Assembly: GCF_963921235.1 (NCBI RefSeq)
Contig: NC_086097.1
Span: 49,168,001-49,232,000, forward strand
DNA: 64,000 bases
Source: Mobula hypostoma
Lineage: Eukaryota
Direction: 5' to 3'
In this document: positions 1 to 12,400 of the stretch, piece after piece
Layout of the letters: each line of letters opens with the position of its first letter
Numbering within the stretch: position 1 is the first letter of the stretch
The notes under the pieces: model-generated
Seen by the model: the letters and a program-made list of their open reading frames with translations, nothing else
Told to the model about the DNA's origin: nothing
The model's database searches: none
Translations under genes and position numbers: made by a program

Positions 1-654
1 ATTTTTAGCTGTAACATATGCTCCATCCTCACATATCTTACAATTTACAACAGATTATGAAGCATGAAATCTCGAAAAAACAATTGATCAGGTCAAAGCT
101 CTGCATTGCAGCGCACTCTTACCATTATCTGTTTAGCATTACTGAGGGAGGGGCTGTGGACTATAAAACGGGCAATGCAAAGAAACTCCAAGACCATTCA
201 CATTTTCAATGATGGCAAAATCAGTTCATGAGAGCTACATGCTAGACATTTGAAAGAAAATTTCCATCTCAATCCTCATCATCATAAAGGCCAGAGTTTG
301 GTTCACATCATATATATCAACAAGACCACTAGATATAGCAAAGGCTTTACGACCAGGCAAGATCCCAAATCTGAAGAACTGCATTCCAGAACCAGCTACG
401 TCTCAAGCCTTGCTCTTCCAGTACATTTAAAATACTGTCAGGTATCTGACAATATAGAAAATTGTCTAAGTACATCTTACTTACAAAGGACAAGATAAAT
501 TTAGTCTAGCTAATTACTTCTCTATCAGAAAGAAGGTGTTGGAAGGCATCATCAACAGCACTGTTATGCAACATTTCATTTCCAATGTCTAGTTTTGGTT
601 TTGCACAGACTAAGTGGGTTCAGACCTAATCACAACCTTCATCCAATCATTAAT

Positions 655-1163
655 ATCTGAGCAATTTTGGGCCTCATATTTAATGAGAAATACGGTAGCC
701 CTGGAGAGTCTCCAGAGGAGGTTCTCAAGAATAATCACAGAAATAAACGGCCCCATATGAAGGACATTTCATGTCTCTAAGGCTGTACTCAATGGAATTC
801 AGATGGATGAGGGGTTGGGATCTCTTTCTAACCTATTGGATAATGAAAGGCCTGGATAGAATGGTACAGAGAGAGGTTATTTCTATTAGGATGAGAGTCA
901 AGGATATGAGATTACACTCTAAAATAAAAGAATGTTCCTTTAAAACTGAGATGAGGAGGAATTTTTTCACTTAGAAGGTGGTGAATCAGTGGAATTTGTT
1001 GCCATAGAGGAATGAGGGTATATTTAAGACAGAGATTGAAAAGTTCTTGATTGGAAAAAGGGTTAAAACATTTACATGGGTTGAAAATCAAACAGCCAGG
1101 ATTGAATGATGAGAAACTCGATGAGCCAAATGGGCTAACTGTGCTGTGATATCTTATGGTCTT
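655..1163 (+). mobile_element. CR1 LINE 3' fragment
   Basis: Degenerate LYSMEFR..., FKTEMRRNFFT and a CR1-like tail. Confidence 0.75.
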
Positions 1164-1793
1164 AAAAACATGGGGATAAAAGAGTTGCAATATTAAAAAT
1201 CAGGTGAAATTATTCTCCATTGACAACAATTTGTGTTAGTGTAGCATCAAACATCAGGGTTAAAGTGAAGTCCACCGACTATATAGAGGAAAACACTTCA
1301 GTGGTTGGAGTTATAACTTCTTAAACATTCATTCTCTCCACCACCACCAGATCATGGCCATAGTTCCTCATTCCTTTATGGCAACAATGCATGGCATCTG
1401 GAAAATATGCTTAGTTACTTCCCTTGATCCCTCTACCATCAAGCATGAGGACTTCAGGCACAACTAAAAAACACTATAAGCAGAATCTGTTTCAAATCAT
1501 ACACTATTCTGAACGCTCATGGTCTTTAGTCAGAGCTGGGTCAGTATCCTACAACACTCCACCAAGTAGCATTTTGGAAATTACTTCAGCAGAATGAATG
1601 CAACAATTCAAGAAGATGACTCACTACAAACTTTTCAAAGGCACTTGAGAGGCGGATGATAAATGCTGGCTTTGCTAACAACAACCCTCTCCTGGAAGTA
1701 TAGATGCATTGAAGTATCTTAGTTTGTTTGAAAGCTTTGAAATAAATTAGATTGTTAGTAATAACATGTAAACATTACTCAGGAGTGGTAGAA

Positions 1794-2993
1794 CAGGGGT
1801 CCCCAAACTTTTTTGCGCGCGGACGGTTTAATATTGACAATATTCTTGCGGACCGGCTGACCCGGCGGGGTGGGGTTGCCAATGGACAAGAGTAGTAGTC
1901 AAATGCGTTGCGTTTACACCGATAAAAACTACAATGATCATGAAGCCTTGCGCGGGCACCAGTGCGCATGTGTGTACCTGCCGACTTTTCTCCTGCAAAT
2001 CGTGTTTGGAGATTCTGTTCGGGGGGGCCGGGTGTTAATCATGACCAGAATATAGGTGATAAGTGGCTAATACACTCAATTTCATTTCTAAAAGGGTTCA
2101 TCTAACGAATTTAATATTAAACACACAGCGCATATTTTCCTCGTATGAATATAGTGATAAGTCAAGTCAATTATCAGGGGAGGACAGGGGAGCTTGAATT
2201 AAGTGCTGAATGAACCCAGTAGAAGTGGTAGAGGCAGGTTCGATATTATCATTTAAAGAAAAATTGGATAGGTATATGGACAGGAAAGGAATGGAGGGTT
2301 ATGGGCTGAGTGCAGGTTGATGGGACTAAGTGAGAATAGCGTTTGGCACGGACTAGAAGGGCTGAGATGGCCTGTTTCCGTGCTGTAATTGTTATATGGT
2401 TATATAAGTAAGTCAATAGCATGGTAACATTTTAAGTAACGATTGGATATTAAACATACAGCACATATTTTCCTCGTATGAACATATAAAATCATTGCAA
2501 CACACCAATATTGCTGAATCAGTGGGAGCCCTGGGCTTGTTTCCCTGCAACAAGACGGTCCCACCGAGCGGTGAGGGGAGACAGCGATACTCGAAGGGGG
2601 TTCCTTGTGTCCAGTCTATTCCACAATTTAGTTTTCATTGCTTTCATTGCAGAAAACTCCGCTTTGCAGCGATATGATGTTGGAAATGGAAGCAAGGTTT
2701 TCTGTGCTTTCGTGGCTATCTCAGGATATTCAGCCTTGACTTTGATCCAGAATGCCGGCAGAGATGTTATGTCAAACATACTTTTCAGCCCACCGTCATT
2801 TGCAAGCTCGAGGAGTTGATCTCCTTCCCGCGCTGACATGGATGACGCGCGGGTAATGACCTCGCGTGAGTTCAAGCTCAACAGTGCGTGACAGGGAATG
2901 AGGAAAGGTGCAGCTGACTCATATCGCCAAATCATATCATTTCCTCGCGGCCCGGTAGCGCATGCTTTGCGGCCCGATGGTTGGGGACCGCAG
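1794..2993 (-). mobile_element. Non-autonomous hAT-Charlie (Charlie3/MER1-like) DNA transposon with a transposase C-terminal remnant
   Basis: TIRs caggggtccccaa / ttggggaccgcag. ORF 2519-2935 (-) encodes a hAT dimerisation-domain fragment (FW...EYPEIA..A...LLPFPTSY.C...FS...KQAQGSH). Contains an internal CR1 3' tail at about 2208-2405. No clean 8-bp TSD. Confidence 0.85.
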
Positions 2994-3259
2994 GTAATAT
3001 TCCCAAATTAAGTCCTGAATGCTGATGGCATTTAATATTTGAATTACTGGCAAAATATGAGTATAAAACTGAATGAAAAAAATGAAAGAATTTTGGTGCA
3101 ACAAATGAATAAAGTAACAGTAAAATCATTCTTAATGTCAAAGATGTAACAGCAATTACTTACATTTCTGCCCTTACCATTTCATCCACACATCTACTGA
3201 TCCCATTTTTAATAAACTAAAATGTTTCCAGTCTTCCAGTAACAAAGTAATAAACCAAC

Positions 3260-3402
3260 CTCGCTCATCATTGTGGCTATCACCAGCCTTCTCCAAATCA
3301 ATAATTCTTGCTTGCAATCTAGCATTATCTGCTTTCAGATCCATGAAAGGTTGTTCGGCTAGGCGTTCATTAATCACTGCTGTGTTCTGGATACTCTTAG
3401 CT
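3260..3402 (-). CDS. KIF28: Kinesin coding exon 9 (neck linker/neck coil: [12 protein letters not shown]...DLKADNARL...)
   Basis: attaaag| acceptor matches phase 2 (AG+A = Arg); AKxIxNxAxINE neck motif. The donor G|gttggt at 3260 is less certain. Confidence 0.85.
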
Positions 3403-6400
3403 CTTTAATGACAAGAAATATGCAAATATTAAGTAAGCCATTTGATGTTTTCTTGTATTATTTTAATGTATAACTTTACATTTTTTCAAAAGGTCAGGTC
3501 ATTTTGGTGTCCTTATTTAACAGGTAATATTGTCATCTGGAAGGTGGGTGTAGAAAAGGATTCTGCAGCACTCCATGTACTAATCACTTTGGAGGCTCAA
3601 TATGGAGGATAACATTTATATGTCAGAAACACAGAAAAACTACAGCATAATACAGGGCCTTCTGCCCCCAATGCTGTGCCGAACATGTACTTACTTTAGA
3701 AATTACCTAGGGTTACCCATAGCCCTCCATTTTTTTTAAGCTCCATGTACCTATCCAGGAGTCTCTTAAAAGACCCTATCGTATCTGTCTCCACCACCAT
3801 GACCGGCAGACCATTCCATGCACTCACCACTCTCTGTGTAAAAAAAACCTACCCCTGACATCTCCCCTGTATCTACTTCCAAGCACCTTAAAACTGTACC
3901 CTCTTGTGATAGCCATTTCAGCCCTGGGAAAAAGCCTCTGACTATCCACACGATCAATGGCTCTCAATGCCGATGATCTTTGTATTTTTAGTAAGTAATA
4001 ACTTGTATCAAAATAGAGTTAAATATACTTTGTCATTTCTTTTCATAGATCTCTTTCTCATCAACACTTGTAATTGTTTGCCTTTGCATTTTTCTCCATG
4101 GTTTTGTATAATGGGGTAATTTGCAAGCTAATAGGAAACAGGATCCACATGCAACCTGAGCATGACGCTTTCAACGTCCCATCATGGCATACAAGCACGT
4201 TATTCCACTTGAGACCATCAGATTAAAGTGGCCATCTTATCTTATGTGAAATTGGTTATGTGAAAAAGAATAAGTGAACACTATTATTTTTCAGCTCACA
4301 TTCCTTGATATGTGTAGATGATACCGTTTCATTCTGGGGAAAAGTGCAATATGGATTGTTTACTGGGAAAACTCTTCATAACGTTGGAGGTGGGGTCACC
4401 TATACAGAAATAATAGTATACAGCATGTGAGTGTGTCTGTAAGACCTACAAGTATTGTGCGGTATGACCTTTGACTGTTGTAGGAGGAACTACAATCTAT
4501 AAATCATATTTGTTTCATAGCTCTTTCCTTGCTACTTGCCTTTCTGAATAGCAAATCATAAAAAGTTTAAGGATCCTAAAATAACAGGATGAACAATGTA
4601 ATAATCCCCATAATGGCATCAATCTATTTGCTGAAGACTTTGGTAAATACAATTATAAACGAGAACATAGCTGCTTATAAAACCCGGCATGTGTAGACAA
4701 ACAAATTACTAATCACTGTCATTGACACAAGAGATTCTGCAAATGCTGACTATCTTGAGCAACACACACAATGCGCTGAAGGAATTCAACTTGCCGGGCA
4801 GCATCTTTGGAACTTAGAAAGTCAGACAGGAACTGTGCAATCATTGAACAAGCCGACAATTTACTCCAAGAAGCTGATTACATTTTTTTGACTATGCTGC
4901 AACTTTTGATCTTGAATCTCAATCAAGGGCACTCCTCTAAAATTTGCTCAGACCTCTGTAACTATCCATTGTGCAAAGAGACCAAAATTGGATGATATAT
5001 TTCACACAAAGAAAGGATAGTACTTTTGCACTCATGTTTCATTGTGTCTACTGACTCCAACAGTCATTTTCTAACTCCCAACCCCTCATCCATCTGAATT
5101 CCATTGAGCACACAACTCTGTTTACAGTATAGATGTTTAGACGTGCTTTTTCCCAATGCATTAGGCTTCACTTGAGTATAAACCAAACTTTAGCCCATTT
5201 TCCTGTATTACCTTTCCAGTACGGGCGAACATAAAAATTAGGGGGAGCGTATTCTGCCCCTAATGGCTGCTTACACTTTAATAAGAACATGGCTGAATTG
5301 CAGCTGAATTCCACATTCCTATCACCCTCAGCCACATTTCAATCCCCTGCTTGTTCAATATCTATCAACATCAGCCTCAACAACATTAAAGACTTTTCTG
5401 CCTTGCACTTAGGAGATCCAGACTCACAACCATAAGAAAGAAAAAGAACACCATTTCACCTCTGTTTTTAATAGTCAATCATTTAATTATAAACAGTGAT
5501 CCCTAGAAGAATCTTCTCCACATTGACATTTTCAAGACCCCTCAGGATCGTATGTTCAAAGTTCAATATTTTTCACGTAATCTTCAACCCCACAAAATGC
5601 TCTACATTATTTCCTGGCATGTAAATTTCTCCCAGCTTCTTCATCCAGTGGATTGGTATAGATGGTGAAGAGAAAATGCCCTCACACTAACTCACACTGA
5701 ATCCTATTATGATTAGGTCTCAACAGAACATTTAACCAATGTCTACAATGAAGCTCGGATTTGGAAGGTAATGTGACACAAATGCCATTACATTTGGATT
5801 TCATTACCAATTTAGATGTAAAAAAAAGCCCCTCTTTACCTTTCTGCAAACCGTAATGTTGACATTGTCTCATCATAACAGATATCTGTGGGGCTTATTG
5901 TTGCAATCTGAAAATAATAATCAGCAAATGATCAGTATAGCAAAGCAAAGGTTTCAATTAAACAATCTGATTTTATGGCATAATTTGAAATATAACAAGG
6001 AATGCTTGCAGATATTTTGTAGCAAATAACATGGCCTCTATCTGTGCAATATGTGTCAGCTCTGACTGGACCTAGTCCCCACTTGGATTTTCCTTTCAAG
6101 GTTCCCACCCACGTGAACTTGCCTGGACTATTTCTGGAAGCACCTGCATGCTAGCAAGCAGCTTCACAAAAGGGCAGAGGGTATTGTGCACAGGCCCTGC
6201 TCCCATCCTAATAGGAGATAATGCTGAGGATGAAGGATTAAAGCCAGGACTATAAATAGAAAAAAAAATTATGAGGCCTCTGATATTTAGAAACATTTAG
6301 AAGCTATTAATATAACGTAAATTTAAAAAATTACATTTCAATACAATGATAATAGAACTCTAAGAAAGAATCAGTAGTATTGAAGTAAGACAAAACGTCC

Positions 6401-9400
6401 ATCCTTTCCTCTTAATCTCCAGACCAGGAATCCCTGGTGGTTTGAATGGGTTTTCAAATCTGACACTAGGTCTGACAGGCATGGGACCAACAGCCGGCAG
6501 TTTGCACTCACTCTGTCCTAATGGTACAGTATGACTGGTTTTGCACAGGACCAGAATTTTCTTGTCGGGGAGGAGCTAAAGACCAGTGGCTCCCCTCCGG
6601 ACCACAGGCTTCAGCAGGCAGGATTTGGCCCAGCATGTTTTCAAAGAAGTGTGGAAGGTTTGTCAGTCACTTTTCAAGAAAATTGTAAACACTTAAAGGA
6701 TAGTAAAACAGAAACCAAATGCATGACTACCAAGAGGAAAGAGAACCATTAAGGCCAGCTATGTGAAATTGAAGCCTATTTAAAATCATTGCCCTTGAAA
6801 TAACACAGTGTATATAAAATGCAATTATAATTCCTTTCCTTCTATTGTTAATCCATTGATTTTATGAGAATAATGCCAAAATTGCTATAAAATGCACTTG
6901 AAATGAAAGCATTACAAGTTCATACCTAATAATCTTTGATACAATTTCAAGGCCATAAGTTTTTGAAATTAAAATTTCAGTTCATTGTCATTGACATGTA
7001 GAATAACTGTCCTCCTTCCAGCCTATGATGAATTATCAGACATTTCACTTGCTTCATCATTTACGGAAATATGCTGGAAGCATATCATTTGCACCTATCT
7101 TGCACTTTTCAACATTCCCTTTCTTTCTTGTAATTAGTGCTTCATCCTGTGGTACAGTTTTCCAGAAGCTACTAATCCTCTGGTATTATCACACGTAGCA
7201 TTCTTAATAAGTAAATCTAAAGAACCAGACCAAATCCTTGGCGTTCTCCTGTTTTCCCTCAGTACTTTTAGGAGGTGGGATGCTGGAAAACACTGTAATG
7301 TTTAGATAAATATTAATTACATCTTCATTCATATTCTCAAATGAGTTTTCATAGTAGATGTTTGGGGAATTCCTGCAGAACTTCAGGAGCCAGTTGCTTT
7401 AAAGTTATGGGAGACCAACAGTCAGAATATAATTGATGTGCATAATTGTTCTTTCCAATTCCAAAGCCAAACATGCTAGCTTTATGTAGACACTAACTTT
7501 AGTTTCATAAGCAAAGCTGGGAACCCAAGTTCTTTTCCAATCCATAATCTAGGGAACAGAGCAGAAAGCGAGTGTTTCTCAATTCTACTGCAACACAGAA
7601 CTGACAATAGACTTGAACTTGATCTAAACGAGGTTGGAGCCCAGTGCATTAAAAGTCAGTCAGTTGCTGGTGAGCCTTCAGTAGCTCATCGAAATCTTTT
7701 TGGTGACCTGCATTGCATCTTTTTCAGATTTGCAAACTTGCAGAATCTAGACATGATGCAACGACCAATGTGTCTTACTTTACAAGTACTTGAGTTTGAG
7801 AATGTGACTTTCTCGCTTGCTCCATAGATAGATTCTGAATAGACAAAAGATGCATAAAGCACTAGAACATTTTGTAAATGAGATATGCATGCAAATGGAT
7901 AGATACTTTAATCTATCACATTTATCATTAGGTGAGAAGTTGATAGAAGTTTTTCTTTAATGGATAGACAGCAGCAGTTAGGTTGCTGAGATGTGTTTGT
8001 CACTCAGAGAGGATGAAAATTTGCCTATTTGAGCCAGGTATATTCTTATTCATGCAGTTACAGATAAATATTCTTGAAATAGTTTAAATTCATTTCTGCC
8101 ATTTCTCAGTTGTTAAAAATTAATGGGTACTGGTAAATATCATGAAAAACTCACCATAAACGTCTTGCTGTTCCCTCCCAGGGCTGAGCTGAGTATTCTG
8201 GTAAGCACCGAGTTCCGATAGGGGATGTACTGAACTCTCTTGCCCACAGCCTTGTCCGATAAGGAACTGTATAATGTTTGCAGTTTTTCATTTTAACGAT
8301 GGGTACATCAGAATCAGAATCACTTTATCGACGGTATGTGAAACATACCAGAATTGATTATGGTTCAGTGCCAAGCATAAAACACAGGATAATACCGTAA
8401 CAGGCAACACAAGAGCAACCAGCAATCTACAAGACAGTAGTCCAAACAGGCAGAAGTAATCAACAATTAGCAGAACAGTTATATGTCCAATAATCAAACG
8501 TAAATAAACGTGAATATGTGAGCAGACTCAGTAATTATCATTAGAACAAGAAAAGCGGGAAATGCCATTTACAGATGTTGTGCAGGGACAGTCAGGGTAT
8601 AATACCTGAGAAAGTTTTGTTGAGAAGCTGGATAGCTACAGGAAAGATGCTCTGGAGAACTCGTTCAGTCCTGGTGGTGATGGGGTGATGGACTCCCTGA
8701 TAGCAATTTGGTGAATAGGTGACTGCAAGGGTGGGAGGAGTCAGCAGTAATTTTTTTTTCAGTAATTTTTTTCCAGAACTTTTCTTCGCTTTAGCAATGA
8801 AAAGGTCTTTTAATGTCAGTACCTGGCAGTCATTTGTCTTTTCTGCTGAGTGGACCACTCGCTGGAGTTGGAGAGGGAGGAGGTGGCAGGAACCGAATGG
8901 TGAATGGTCACAACACTCTCGATAATAGCTGAGTAAAAATTCACCAGGATACCCCCTGAGATGCTAAGCTTCCTAAGTTGAAGTAGGAGGTACAACCTCA
9001 GAATCAGAAACAGGTTTATTATCACCAGCATGTGTCATGAAATTTGTTAACTTAGCAGCAGCAGTTCAATGCAATACATAATATAGAAGAAGAAGGAAAA
9101 AAAATTACAGTATACATATATTAAATGGATTAAAAATCGTGCAAAAAGCAGAAATAATATATATTTAAAAAGTGAGGTAGAGTTGATGGGTTCAATGTCC
9201 ATTTAGGAATCAGATGGCAGAGGGGAAGAAGCTATTCCTGAATCGCTGTGTGTGTGCCTTCAGGCTCCTGTACCTCCTACCTGATGGTAACAGTGAGAAA
9301 AGAGCATGCCCTGGGTGCTGGAGGTCCTTAATAATGGATGCTGCCTTTCTGAGACATCACTCCCTGGAGATGTCCTGGGTACTTTGTAGGCTAGTACCCA

Positions 9401-12400
9401 AGATGGAGCTGACTAGATTTACAACCTTCTGCAGCTTCTTTCGGTCCTGTGCAATAGTCCTCCCATACCAGACAGTGATGCAGCCTCTCAGAATGCTCTC
9501 CATGGTACATCAACAGAAGTTTTTGAGTGTATTCGGTGTCATACCAAATCTCTTCAAAATCCTAATGAAGTAGTATTGGGGCCAGGTTAGGTCCTCAGAG
9601 ATCTTGACCCCCAGGAACTTGAAGCGCTCCACTTATGTTCCTTCTATGAGGATTGGTATGTGTTCCTTCGTCTTACCCTTCCTGAAGCCCACAAAATCAG
9701 CTCTTTCGTCTTACTGACATTGAATGCAAGTTTGTTGCTGCGACACCACTCCATTAGCTGGCATATCTCACTCCTGTACACCCTCTCGGCTCCATCTGAG
9801 ATTCTACCAACAGTGGTTGTATCATCAGCAAATTTATAGATGGTATTTGAGCTATGCCTAGCCACACAGTCATGGGTATATAGAGAGTAGAGCAGTGGGC
9901 TAAGCACACACCCCTGAGGTGCGCCAGTGTTGATCGTCTGCGAGGAGAAGATTATTATCACCAATCCACACAGATTGTGGTCTCCCGGTTAGGAAGTCGA
10001 GGATCCAATTGCAGAGGGAGGTACAGAGGCCCAGGTTCAGTAACTTCTCAGTTAGGACTATGGGAATGATGGTGTTAAATGCTCAGCTGTAGTCGATGAA
10101 CAGCATCCTGACATAGGTGTTTGTATTGTCCAGGTGGTCCAAGGCCATGTGAAGAGCCATTAAGATTGCATCTGCCATTGACCTATTGTGGCAATAGGCA
10201 AACTACAGTGGGTCCAGGTCGTGCTGAGGCAGGAGCTCATCTAGTCATGACCAACCTCTCAAAGCATTTCATCACTGTAGATGTGAGTGCTACTGGGAAA
10301 TAGTCATTAATGCAGCTCACATTATTCTTCTTAGGCACTGGTATAATTGTTGCTTTTTTGAAGCAAGTGGGAACTTCTTCCCTTAGCAGTGAAAGGTTGA
10401 AAATGTCCTTCAATACTCCCGCCAGTTGGTTGGCACAAGTTTTCAGAGCCTTACCAGACTTTCCTAGTGATGAGCGTACTGTACTTGTTCCACTTCAATG
10501 TCTTGGTAATGTTAGTCCCCAGATATTTGAATAACTTGACCACAGACACAGCCTGACCATTAATTTCCAAGGGGAGGGGGTAGTGGAAAGCAAAATTTGT
10601 TTCCAATGTCTTGATAGCATTAAGCTCCAAGTTGTTACAAGCACACCATGCTGCAAGGCAGTCTACCTCTCTTTGAAAGCAGGTCACATCATTATTAGAG
10701 ATGAGACCAACTACAGTCGTGTCACCCATGAACTTCAGGATTTTTATGGATTTGTCTGAGGAGGTACAGTCATTTGTATAAAGTAAGAAGAGGAGGCGTG
10801 AAAGAGCACAACCCTGGAGAGAGCCTGTGATTATAAACATTCAATCAGACTGGCAGGAGTCCAGCCATACATACTGCTCCCTTCCTGTCAGGAAGTACAT
10901 AATCCACTGACAGATACTGTAGTGTACAGCTGGCTGGGTTAGATTGCTCTGGAGCAACTCTGGAACAATAGTGTCAAAGGTGGAGCTAAATCCACAAACA
11001 AGATCCTCACATAGATGTTGGGGGAAGTCCTAATGCTGTAGAATGCAATGAAGGCACAAGTTAACTGCATCCTCAAATGACCGATTTCATAGTTCAAAGG
11101 GCAAAATAACTTTATTATCAAAGTACATGCATATCACCATACACAACCCTGAGATTCATTTCCTTGTACTCAATAAATTTATAATAGAATAATAAACAAA
11201 ATAGAATCAACTCATATGTAAAAGACACAAACTCTGCAAATACAAAATGAAAGAAATAGTAATAATAATAATAATAACTAAATAAGCAATAAGAACGTGA
11301 TGAAGAGTCCTTGAAAGTGAGTCCATAAGTTATAACACACATAAAAAATGCCGGTGAACACATCAGGCCAGGCTGCATCTATAGGAAGAGGTACAGTCAA
11401 CGTTTCGAGGGCCGAGACCTTTCGTCAGGACACATAAGTTGTAAGAACATTTCAACGATGGGACAAGTGAAGTTATCCCCTTCGGTTCAAAAGCTTGATA
11501 GTCGAGGGGTAATAACTGTTCCTGAACCGGGTGGTGTGAGTTCTGAGGCCTGGTGTGAGTATCTTCTTCCTGATGGCAGCATTGAGAAGAAAGCATAAGT
11601 TGGGTGGTGGAGGGTTCCTGATGATGGATGCTGCTTTCTTGCGAAAACACTCCATCGAGATGTGCTCAATGTGGGAAGGGCTTTACCCATGATGGATTAG
11701 GACTTGTTCATTACTTTTCGTAGGAAGTTCCGTTCCAGTGCTTTGGAGTTTCCACACCAGACTGTGATGCAACCAGTCAATATACTCTCCACCACACATC
11801 TGTGGAAGTTTATCGGAGTTTTAGATGTCATGCAAATCTTTGCAAACTCCTTCAGAAATAGAGGAGCAGCCATGTTTCCTTTGTAATTGCTTTTATGTGC
11901 TGGGCCCAGGACAGGTCCCCTGAAATAATAACACTGAAGAATTTAAAGTTGCTGACCCTCTCCACCTCTGATCCTTTGATGAAGACTGGCTCATAAAGTT
12001 CCAGTTTCCTCCACCTTAAGTCAATTATCAGCTCCTTCGTCTTGTTGACATTGAGTGAGAGGTTGTTGTTGTGGCAGCACTCAGCCAGATTTTCATTCTC
12101 CCTCCTATGTGCTGATTCATCACCAACGTTGGTTTGGCCTATGACAGTGGTGTCATTAGCAAACTTGAAAATTGCACTGCAGTCGTAAGTGTAAAGCAAG
12201 TAGAGCAGGGAGCTAAGCACACTGCCTCGTGGTGCACCTGTGCTGAGATTGTAGAGGAGATGTGGTTGTCAATCCGAACTGACGAGGGTCTGCAAGTGAG
12301 GAAATCAAAGATCCAATTGCACAAGGAGGTATTGAGTCCAAGGTCTTGAAGCTTATTGATTAGTTTTGCGGCAATGATGGTTTCAATGAAGATCGTCCTG

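Noticed and set aside
1..3259. Further kinesin exons (coiled coil/FHA)
   Set aside because: No phase-1 exon with convincing similarity was found; the region is mostly CR1 and hAT.
6095..6752. GC-richer segments with plus-strand acceptor-like sites (possible antisense exons)
   Set aside because: All frames close quickly and no motif supports them.
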